Below, piece after piece: positions 29,709 through 37,996 of a stretch of DNA of 64,000 nucleotides; position 1 is the first letter of the stretch; every line of letters begins with the position of its first letter. Under the pieces are notes generated by a model, which saw only the letters and a program-made list of their open reading frames with translations, did not search any database and had not been told where the DNA came from. The stretch lies in the NCBI GenBank assembly GCA_963762255.1, contig CAVXKA010000003.1, forward strand, positions 800,001 through 864,000, in the 5' to 3' direction. The position numbers were made by a program, and so were the translations under genes. Source of the DNA: Candidatus Eiseniibacteriota bacterium. Lineage in GTDB: Bacteria > Eisenbacteria > RBG-16-71-46 > JABDJR01.

Positions 29709-31673
29709 CTAACTCGCCTTCCCGTTCCGGTAGTTCATACAGTCACCCCGGTTCTCCATAGCGCGTAGTTGCGTTGCCGGAAACCCCGTCCCGCACGCGT
29801 CGATGAAGCGTCCGCACACCCAACCCTGATCGCCTGCGTGCATGGGCAGAAAGACGACGGGCTTGAGCGTCTCGAGGACGAAGTAGTCGCCGAGCCTGAC
29901 CGCTTCCAGGTCGCCGAACCCGCAGCCCGAGACCGGCAGGAACGCGACGTCCGGGCGCACGCCGCTCGAAGCCAGGAACTCGATCTCGCTCTTGAACGGT
30001 CCCGAGAAATCGCGTTGCCGGTTCGCGTGATCGCCGGCGTGAAAGAGGGCGACCCCGTCCACTTCGACGAAGAAGCCCACGCCGCTGTCGTTCGATTCGA
30101 TGGTCGTGATCTTCACGCCGTCGATGGTGCGGGTCTCCCGAGGCGCCATGACTTCGTGCGCGGGTATCGTCTCAGGAAGGTCGTTGCGGTTCGTCCGCTC
30201 GGGAGCGAACCCGAACACGTAGGTCATCCGTGGAATCCGGCCGCTCCACCCGAAGATGGTGGAATCGAAGTGATCGCCGTGTTCGTGCGACACGAACACG
30301 GTCACGTTCTGGCCGGCGAGTTCCTCCGGCGCGATAAATCCGTTGCAGAGGCCGGGTTCGTCGGCGGGCCGCCCCATGACTGCATAGTCGAAGATGAGGA
30401 AGTGGTTCGCGGTCTGGATCGCCCAGCCGCTGTGTCCCAGATTCCAGATCTTCATCTCTTTCGCGGCCAGCGTCTCCGGAGCGGCAAGTCCATCGTTCTG
30501 CGGCACGCTCGCGGCTTTCGCTCCGCGCCCAGCGAGGAGCTCGACCACGCCGCGGTGACCGTAGCGCGTCGCCAACTCGATCGGGGTCTTCCCGCCCGCG
30601 TCCCGCGCGGCGTGAGAGGCGCCGTGATCGAGCAGCATGCCGGCCAGATCCCGGTGACCATGAAGGGCGGCTGTGTGAAGCGGCGTACGGCCGCTCCTTG
30701 CGTCGATCACGTCGACCTTTGCCCCGGCCTCCAGAAGCGCCTGAGTGACGGGGCTGTTCCCGCGCCGCACGGCCCCGGACAGGGCGGTGTTCCCGTTCGT
30801 GGAGGCATGGTTCACATCCGCCCCGCGGGCGATGAGTAGCGCAGCCGGTTCCTCTCTGCCCATCTCCGCGGCCATGATGAGCGCGGTCTCTCCGTTGCGG
30901 TCGGCCTGGTCGAGATTGACGCCCTTCTCCAGCAGCACGTGGACGACATCGACCTGATTTCCCATCACCGCGTTGTCGAGGGGTGTGCGGCCGAACGTGT
31001 CGGGCAACGCCGGGTTCGCCCCCAGGCCGATCAAGTGCTCCACCGCCGCCGTCTGCCCGCCACGAGCCGCCCAGTACAGAGGTGTTTCACCAGCCAGCGT
31101 CTGTGTGTTGAGGTCGTCGCCGCGTCGCGCCAGGACATCCGTCAACCACCGATTGCCGCGCAGGCCGGCGGCGTGCAGAAGCGTCGTCCCCTGCGTGCTT
31201 CGGAAGTTGAGATCCGCCCCGGCGTCCAGGAGCATGCGCACGATCGTGCTGTCTCCGCTGAAAGCAGCGAAGCTGATCGGACACGCCAGGTTCTTGTCGC
31301 GCCGGTTCACGTCGGCCCCTCGTTGGAGCAGAAACGACACCATCTCCCGATGGCGCCGCAGGGCCGCCACGTCGAGCGGCGTGCTCTCGTCGGAATCGTA
31401 CCCGTCGACATCCGCTCCGGCATCGATCAAGAGCCGCGCGATCTCGACGTGCCCGCGCGTGGCCGCGGTGTGCAGCGGCAGATCACGCGTGGCGTTGTTG
31501 TCGGGCTGCGAGGCAAGAGCCGGATCGCCAGCCAGGAGCCGCGCGACCCTGGCCTGATCGCCGGCGGCGACTGCCTCGTGGATTTCGCCGGCGGTCGCGG
31601 GAAGGGATGCGACCAGAAGAAGGACCAGTGAGGCGGCCATGAGACGCCATGGCTGGGGGTGGAACGGCATCAT
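29709..31673 (-). CDS. Exported ankyrin-repeat protein fused to an MBL-fold metallo-hydrolase
   Basis: Signal peptide and about 11 ankyrin repeats (TPLH…G…V..LL..GA), then LGHSGW, SHEHGDH, FHAGD and PMH. Confidence 0.88.
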   Translation of the reverse strand: MMPFHPQPWRLMAASLVLLLVASLPATAGEIHEAVAAGDQARVARLLAGDPALASQPDNNATRDLPLHTAATRGHVEIARLLIDAGADVDGYDSDESTPLDVAALRRHREMVSFLLQRGADVNRRDKNLACPISFAAFSGDSTIVRMLLDAGADLNFRSTQGTTLLHAAGLRGNRWLTDVLARRGDDLNTQTLAGETPLYWAARGGQTAAVEHLIGLGANPALPDTFGRTPLDNAVMGNQVDVVHVLLEKGVNLDQADRNGETALIMAAEMGREEPAALLIARGADVNHASTNGNTALSGAVRRGNSPVTQALLEAGAKVDVIDARSGRTPLHTAALHGHRDLAGMLLDHGASHAARDAGGKTPIELATRYGHRGVVELLAGRGAKAASVPQNDGLAAPETLAAKEMKIWNLGHSGWAIQTANHFLIFDYAVMGRPADEPGLCNGFIAPEELAGQNVTVFVSHEHGDHFDSTIFGWSGRIPRMTYVFGFAPERTNRNDLPETIPAHEVMAPRETRTIDGVKITTIESNDSGVGFFVEVDGVALFHAGDHANRQRDFSGPFKSEIEFLASSGVRPDVAFLPVSGCGFGDLEAVRLGDYFVLETLKPVVFLPMHAGDQGWVCGRFIDACGTGFPATQLRAMENRGDCMNYRNGKAS

Positions 31674-31863
31674 CTCGATCTCCTGTTCTGACGGGCGCGC
31701 AGACGGCTACCGTGACGACGGTGCCGGATAGGCCCACCGAGAAGCCCTACTATCCGGGTCGTTGGACTGAGGGCGAGAGGAGATACGAACACCCAATTGC
31801 TGGGCACCACTATACCCGATTGGGCGGGGCCGGTCGATTCGGGAAACCGCACCCGCCGCACGA

Positions 31864-32778
31864 TCAAACCACGCGGAACGTGACCCCCTGTTCCTTGAGG
31901 AAGCTCTCCGCACCGGGGCCCTGAAGATAGGCAAGCGTCGAGAGCGTGCCCGCTTCGAGGCAGGTTTCCGCGAGCACGGTGACCGCCGTCGGCGGATCCT
32001 CGACCGGCCAGCCTGTCTTGGGATTCAGGATGTGGCTCAGGCGGCGGCCGTGGTGAAACACGTAGCGGCGCGCGTTGCCGGTGGTGGCGAGTCCCCCGCG
32101 CGCGAGATCCACACGGTAGAGCACCGCCTCGCCGGTGCGTTGGGGATCGTCGATGCCCACCCCCCAGGGCCGGCCGCCTCGGCGCGCCCCGCCCGCGAAG
32201 AGATCGCCGCCGAAGTTGACGAGAAATGCGGAGTCGACCCGTTCGGCGATGAGCAACGCGGCGCGATCCACCGCATACTCCTTGCCGATCCCTCCGAGGT
32301 CGATCTCCATCCCGGCCGGCAGAGTCAGCGTGGGCCGCTCCCATCGCACGCGGTGCCACCCCACATGCTCCAGGACCTCGGCCACCGCCGCCGAGGACGG
32401 CACGCGATCGCTACCGTCGAACGTCCACACGCGGCGTAGCGCCCCCGAGGTGATGTCGAAGAGCCCGCCGGAGACTTCATGGCAAGTGGCCGCATAGTCG
32501 AGGAACATGGCCGTCTCGTCGTCCACCGTCACCGGACGTCCCCCGGAGTGGTTGATCCGATGGACGACGTTGTCCTCGCGGTAGCGACTGAACGATCGCT
32601 CGATGCGGTGCGCCTCGCGCTCGGCCTCCCGCAACGCCGTCCAAGCTTCCCGCGGATCCTCGGTGTCGACGAGTACTTCGCAGGGGCTCGCCATGGCCGC
32701 GAACTTCCCGATGAAGTGATCAGCGGCGCGGGCCAGGGGGGAGCCGCCTGCGGGTCGACGATCTGGGGGATGGATCAT
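31864..32778 (-). CDS. apbE: FAD:protein FMN transferase
   Basis: FSRYR, GLFDIT, IDLGGIGKEYAVD, VNFGGD, LATTG and SHILNPKTGWP. Confidence 0.92.
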   Translation of the reverse strand: MIHPPDRRPAGGSPLARAADHFIGKFAAMASPCEVLVDTEDPREAWTALREAEREAHRIERSFSRYREDNVVHRINHSGGRPVTVDDETAMFLDYAATCHEVSGGLFDITSGALRRVWTFDGSDRVPSSAAVAEVLEHVGWHRVRWERPTLTLPAGMEIDLGGIGKEYAVDRAALLIAERVDSAFLVNFGGDLFAGGARRGGRPWGVGIDDPQRTGEAVLYRVDLARGGLATTGNARRYVFHHGRRLSHILNPKTGWPVEDPPTAVTVLAETCLEAGTLSTLAYLQGPGAESFLKEQGVTFRVV

Positions 32779-32796
32779 GTGTCACCCGCAAGCGGC

Positions 32797-34067
32797 TCAG
32801 AACTGGACCGAATACGCGACGACCACGGAACCGATCGAGAGCGGCGGAGCCAGGTCCACGTTCCGCTCGTGCCCGATCGCCTCTTGGGGATGCCCGTCGC
32901 CCCATTGACGCATGTACTCGGCGCGCACCGCCCATTCTCCGGGCGCATTAGGGATCTGGAACCCGTAGGTCCCGCCCACCGTGAACGTGCGGAGCGCGCC
33001 CAATCGATAGTCGGCCGACGCGTAGTCGGGAAAGGGTGTGCCGTCGACCAACGCGTAGCGAAAGAAGTTGGCCCTCGATTGGAAGTAGTAGCGCACGTGC
33101 GGCTCGACATAGCGATGGTTCTCCAACTCGTGACGGTACCGGACGTCGGCGGTGTTGGACCGGATCCCCCAATCGTCCCAGTAATAGCGGTCGGAGGTGT
33201 AGAGGATGTCCTTCTGAAGATGGTAGACGGAGTTGGCCAGTACGCTCGTGCGTCGGCGTGCCGACGGCCGCTTCTCGGTGGTCTGGCCCATCTGATCGCC
33301 GCTGACCGCGTCCACCAAACTGAGGATCTTGTAGGGCTCGGTGAGGTAACCGCGCTCCCGTGTGTGCGACAGGTCCACCCCGACCATCCATCGCCGCGTG
33401 AGCACGCGCGAGACGCCGAGAACGCCGGTGGTCGAACGCTTGGCGTTGGCTCCGGTCCCGATGATCGTCGTGCCGTCGGTGAACGGCGCGCGCGTGCCGC
33501 CGGAAGGGGTTACCTCGTCGCTGTTGGCGCTGCCCCCCACGCTCAACGTGGTCAGCCCGCGCATGAGCGAGAGCGAGACCTTCCCGTTGCCCCCCAGCGA
33601 TTGGTAGTCCTTCTCCTTCGAGAAGTGGCTGCCGAAGGTGGTGCTGAGCCAGCCGCCGTAGGGGCGGGTCCACTCGAGATCGAGCGAGGCACGGGTGTCC
33701 CGGAACGTGTTCGTAGGAATCATCCCCGCTTGCTCGGTTCTCACGTTTCCCGAGGGGGTGGTTCTAGTCTGGATCTGGGTCGATGCGATGGCGCCGGTGG
33801 GCGACGCCCCGGTAACGACGTCGATGCCGAGGGTGGCGGAGAGGCTCTGCCCGCTGGGAAAGAGTCTCGTGATCCTCGCTATGGGCTCCACCACATCCGT
33901 ACGACCGTTCTCACCGTAGAGAAGCCCGGAGCCGTCGAACTGCCACTTTACCTCGAAGCCGCGGGCGCGGCGCCGGCGACTCCGGCCCGCGCCGCCAGAA
34001 GCACGCACGCTGCCGCGCTCAGCCTGCCCCGCAGCGACGCCGATCGCGCCGGGGATCCTAGTTGCAT
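32797..34067 (-). CDS. DUF3570-type outer-membrane beta-barrel protein (frameshift near 33950)
   Basis: MQL start overlaps the upstream GGGCGCN*. Motifs DVVTGASPTGA, SKEKDYQS, GYLTEPYK, YYWDDWGI, RYYFQS and SADYRL, with a terminal Phe. Confidence 0.8.
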
Positions 34068-34294
34068 CCGCAACCGCCCCCGCCGACCTCCTGCCCGCCG
34101 CTAGATGCCTCCTTGCTGAAGTAGATGTGCTGGTCGATGGCGCCGACCATCGGCATCGGGTTGAAGCTCATCGGCTTCTCGGCCAGGAGATCGCGGTCCC
34201 AAGGCTGCACGTTCATGGCCGCGCAGCCGTCGAAGAGTCCACCTGCGAGCAGAGCCAGCGCGATCCACGCGGCGTGTGCGGTGCGCCGACTCAT
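34058..34294 (-). CDS. DUF4266 family lipoprotein
   Basis: Lipobox FDGC, VQPWDRDLLA, and C-terminal HIYFSKEASSGG…GGGCGCN. Confidence 0.85.
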   Translation of the reverse strand: MSRRTAHAAWIALALLAGGLFDGCAAMNVQPWDRDLLAEKPMSFNPMPMVGAIDQHIYFSKEASSGGQEVGGGGCGCN

Positions 34295-34806
34295 GACCCG
34301 CACGCCTTGCAAATGCGCGCCTCGAGATCCGTGGTCTTCTTGGGATCGAAACCGACGTGCGAGTAGAGGATCTCTCCCTTGGGCCCGATGAGGACCGTCG
34401 ACGGCAACCCTGAAACGTGGAACGCCTTGGCGACCCCAGCCGACGGATCGAATGCGACCGTGAACGGGGCCGGGTGCCTCTCGAGGAATGTCTCTGCAGC
34501 GGCGTGATCCTTGTCGAGGCTGATCGCCACGATCTCGAGTCCGGCGGCGCCATACCGTTCGTGCATGGTGGCCAGCCATGGGAAGGACTTCTCACAAGGC
34601 CCGCACCAGGAGGCCCAGAAGTCCACGAGCACGACCTTTCCCTCCAGCGACTGCAAGGAGACGGTCCCCGAGTCGGTGGGTAGGTTGAAGCCCGGGGCCA
34701 CGGCAACCGATGAGAAGATCGCGGAAGCTTCTGCCGACGAATATGTTACGGTCGGCGCCACGAGGGCGGAGCAGAGGACCAGCACGGCGAGCGGCAACGG
34801 TCTCAT
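34291..34806 (-). CDS. TlpA-family thiol-disulfide oxidoreductase
   Basis: Signal/anchor, GKVVLVDFWASWCGPC, and cis-Pro GLPST. Confidence 0.92.
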   Translation of the reverse strand: MRPLPLAVLVLCSALVAPTVTYSSAEASAIFSSVAVAPGFNLPTDSGTVSLQSLEGKVVLVDFWASWCGPCEKSFPWLATMHERYGAAGLEIVAISLDKDHAAAETFLERHPAPFTVAFDPSAGVAKAFHVSGLPSTVLIGPKGEILYSHVGFDPKKTTDLEARICKACGS

Positions 34807-34981
34807 CCCGAAGCGACCTCCTCGGCGCAAGCCCGGCGCCATGGCAATTGTTGGATTGAATACACAAACAGTCAGGAATCGGTTCCAGGCATCCTTCGGC
34901 CCAGGGGGCAATCTCCAAGAAGAAGCGGCGACCCACCGGTGCGGGCCGCCGTCTCTCATGAATCCGATGGATGGACGGGGA

Positions 34982-35827
34982 TCAGAAGCGGGACTTCAGA
35001 CGACTCCAGGTAACCGGCTGGACCGGGATCACCTGCTCGCGACCGGCGATGGTCATGATGCGACCTGCCGCGTCCACGTCCACCGCGCTGAGCCCGGCGG
35101 TCGAGGTGAAGACCACGTGCGATGCGTTGCCGTTCACATCGGCGTCGGTCAAGCCGAGGGTGGCGCCGAAGGCCGTCACCGAGAAGCCCACCTCGCTCTG
35201 GTCCGCCGCCGACGACGACACCACGGTCGGGATGAACGCGTAGTGCCCACCCCCGGGGGTCAGCCCGCTCCCACCGTTGCCTTCAGACATGGCGTAGAGT
35301 CCACCCCCCGCGTTGAGGAACGTGGCGATGGCCGCCTGGTTGGTGTTGAGGACGTTCAGCTCGGCCTGGGTCAGAATACCGCCAAAGTCCGACGCCACCA
35401 CGATCGCACAGTAGCCGCCGGGCTGACCGAGCAGCGTCAGCGCCGCGGCCAGAGTCGTGGCATCGTGATGATCGAAGTCCACGCCCTCGACGTAGCCGCT
35501 GGCGATGATCCCGTTCTTACCCACGGTATGCCCGCCGGGCGGCGCGATATTCGACTCCACGAAGAGGAACTTGGGCGCGATCGCGGCGAACGAGTTGAAA
35601 CCCGGGTCCCGGATGAAGTTGATGGCCGTCGTGTTGATGTTGGCGGCTCCGGCCGCGTTCCCACCCAGGGTGGCATGAAAGTCCGGATCATGTCCGGTGA
35701 GGAAGATCGAGCCGGCGTCCGCAGGACGCGTGCCGGCCAGGCCGATCACCATCACGCCGGCGAGCAGGATGTGGACACGCGGACGGACGAATCGGGTGAT
35801 TCCGGGGAAGGCTCTCAATTGATTCAC
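34982..35827 (-). CDS. Secreted protein of unknown function with C-terminal QPVTWSRLKSRF tail
   Basis: GAGGAGG RBS, GTG start, signal ending ADA, and a GSIFLTGHDPDFH domain. Confidence 0.75.
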   Translation of the reverse strand: MNQLRAFPGITRFVRPRVHILLAGVMVIGLAGTRPADAGSIFLTGHDPDFHATLGGNAAGAANINTTAINFIRDPGFNSFAAIAPKFLFVESNIAPPGGHTVGKNGIIASGYVEGVDFDHHDATTLAAALTLLGQPGGYCAIVVASDFGGILTQAELNVLNTNQAAIATFLNAGGGLYAMSEGNGGSGLTPGGGHYAFIPTVVSSSAADQSEVGFSVTAFGATLGLTDADVNGNASHVVFTSTAGLSAVDVDAAGRIMTIAGREQVIPVQPVTWSRLKSRF

Positions 35828-36059
35828 GGGGGTACCTCCTCATTTTGTAGCGAGATGAACGCAGCCGGCCACGACCGGGCCGATCGCCGGGGAAGAGAAC
35901 CGGGATGCCGGCTTCTTCTCCGCAAACGTGAAATCATACTTATTTAGTCATGATTTACAACTAGGATGTTGTCAGGGGCTTACCGTTCTCTTTGGATCCA
36001 TTTGTCGGTCATACACCCTGAGGTCGGCCCCGCCGATAACAGAGCCCGGGAAGACACCC

Positions 36060-36179
36060 ATGCCCCCAACCAACAAGGTCGTCGCGCACTAACTGACCGG
36101 GGAACTGGTCAACGGTACGACCCACGACTACTTCCCGAGTCGTCCGACCTTTCACATCGATCCGGTGAGGTGGTTGTAG
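36060..36179 (+). pseudogene. Truncated, nonsense-mutated copy of the 5' end of gene 53942..54400
   Basis: MPPTNKVVAH*LTGELVNGTTHDYFPSRPTFHIDPV aligns with MQDANKVIAHYLTGELVKGTTHDFFPTRPTFHIELV. The Tyr codon has become TAA at 36090. Confidence 0.8.
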
Positions 36180-36203
36180 CGAGAGGGCTAGCCGGACAGG
36201 CTC

Positions 36204-37154
36204 CTAGGCCGCCCGCGCGCCCCCCTCGCCGTCTCGCTCCTGGAGCGCGGCATCGAGCTTCTGGATCGTCTCCCGCATCCAGTCGCTCTGCTGCGCGTGC
36301 CGCACGGTGATCCCGGCGGTCTCCGCCAGAACCTGGAGCGCCCTCAAGTCGTGCTTGTCGTAGCGCGTCCCCTCCGTCCGGCTGCTGATGCAGAGCACAC
36401 CCATGAGATCACCGCGGAGGATGATGGGCACGACCATGGCCGCGTGCAGGGAGTCATCGCCCCTCTCGAAGTGCCGGAACCGAGAGGCATCCACGCTCGA
36501 TCCGAGAATGAGGGGCTCTCGCGTCTCGGCCACTCGCCCCGCGATTCCGTACCCCAGCTTCTGCCGCCCGCCGAGAACCTTGGACACGTCGACATGGCCG
36601 GTGGCCGCGCGCACCTCCAGTTCCTTCGTCGTGTAGTCGTACAGCATGAGGGACGCCTGATCGCAGTGAAAGGTGCCGATGCAGGTGTCGGCGATCAGGT
36701 TGAGGACGGTCTGAGGGTCGGTGGAGGCACTGGTCGAATGGGTCACGTTCAAGATATCCCCGAGTCGCCGGTAGTGAGATTCCATATGGTCGAGTGCGTC
36801 CTGCTGGGCGCGCGCCAGACGCTTGCGCATCGCCACGACCCCGCGCTCCTGGATGGTGAGGTGCCCGATGAACAGGAGCTGCGCCACCAGCAAGGCGACC
36901 AGAAGAAGGGCATCGCTGTGAGGCCACGGCCAGCGCGTGTAGCCCCGCTCGCGCAGCAGGATGAGAACGGCACCGGAAAGGCCGGTGCTGCTTACGAACA
37001 TCACGGCGGTGACCAAGAGCCAGTTTCGCCATCCGTGCCTCCCCGGGTCGCGTTCGCCGGACGCCGCACGAATCCCGGACGGGCCCGGCCTGTCGTCCTG
37101 CCCCTCACCTGAGGGCTCCCGCATGATCGTCTCCTCGTTCAAATGGACCATCAA
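36204..37154 (-). CDS. Membrane-anchored GAF-domain protein with no recognisable output domain
   Basis: Two TM helices, a coiled coil, and GAF (ASLML…GIAGRVAETREPL…VPI…GVL…DLRALQVLA). Confidence 0.8.
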   Translation of the reverse strand: MMVHLNEETIMREPSGEGQDDRPGPSGIRAASGERDPGRHGWRNWLLVTAVMFVSSTGLSGAVLILLRERGYTRWPWPHSDALLLVALLVAQLLFIGHLTIQERGVVAMRKRLARAQQDALDHMESHYRRLGDILNVTHSTSASTDPQTVLNLIADTCIGTFHCDQASLMLYDYTTKELEVRAATGHVDVSKVLGGRQKLGYGIAGRVAETREPLILGSSVDASRFRHFERGDDSLHAAMVVPIILRGDLMGVLCISSRTEGTRYDKHDLRALQVLAETAGITVRHAQQSDWMRETIQKLDAALQERDGEGGARAA

Positions 37155-37996
37155 CTGACTCCGATCGGGTCGGGGTTTGCGAACTTCTCAGTCGTCGGCG
37201 GCAATGGCTCGCGCTCCGCACGAACTCGCGAACAGGGGGACAGGCGGTACACAACCTGCTCCGCGAAGATGGATGGACGAAGCCGGCAGAGGACCGGGAA
37301 CCCGGTGGCCCCGATCACCTTCTCCACGTGGAGTCCCAGACACTCGGCCCACTCCCGAAAATCAGCCACGGTCCAGTACCGCAGGTGCTCCCCGGGAAAC
37401 CATTCCCATTGGATCGGGAACCGCCCGGCAAGGAGCCTCAACCGATGGCGGTAGTAACCCGTGTTCGGCACGGAGATCAGGATTCCCCGGCGGCAGGATT
37501 CGGCAAGGCGCGTCAGGAGGTGCTCCGGTTCGGGTAGATGCTCGAGCACCTCGGACGCGATGACGTAGTCCACAGGGTTCGCCGGCTTCCAACGGGGATC
37601 CAGCAGATCGTGGACCTCGGCGGCGAACCCCTGCGCCCGGGTGAGTTCGACGGCGGTGGCGGAGCCGTCCACACCATAAGCAGGGCCCCGATGACCGCTT
37701 TCCCGGAGCACCGCCAGGAAGTTCCCGTTCCCGCAACCGAGATCCAGCACGGAAGCGTCTGGCTCGATCTCGGCGGCGATGACCGTGAACCGCGGCGGTC
37801 GTTGATCGGCAGCGCGGCGATTCCAGTAGATCTCGTAGTCCGCGCGCACATCGGCGAACTGTTTGCGCTTGCGCGCATAGACCCAGGATCGCCCGATCTC
37901 GGCCACCGCATAGGATATGGCCAACCACAGGACTCTCGGCAGACGGTTGGCTCGCGAGAGATGGAATCGATTCACCGTCGACTTCCGATCGCTCAT
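37151..37996 (-). CDS. Class I SAM-dependent methyltransferase (MetW/Methyltransf_23-like)
   Basis: SVLDLGCGNG, YGVD, SEVLEHL and SVPN. Confidence 0.88.
   Translation of the reverse strand: MSDRKSTVNRFHLSRANRLPRVLWLAISYAVAEIGRSWVYARKRKQFADVRADYEIYWNRRAADQRPPRFTVIAAEIEPDASVLDLGCGNGNFLAVLRESGHRGPAYGVDGSATAVELTRAQGFAAEVHDLLDPRWKPANPVDYVIASEVLEHLPEPEHLLTRLAESCRRGILISVPNTGYYRHRLRLLAGRFPIQWEWFPGEHLRYWTVADFREWAECLGLHVEKVIGATGFPVLCRLRPSIFAEQVVYRLSPCSRVRAEREPLPPTTEKFANPDPIGVS

Noticed and set aside
30500-31590. Roughly 99-nt periodicity as a DNA repeat or CRISPR array
   Set aside because: It reflects protein-level ankyrin repeats. There are no identical direct repeats and no cas genes.
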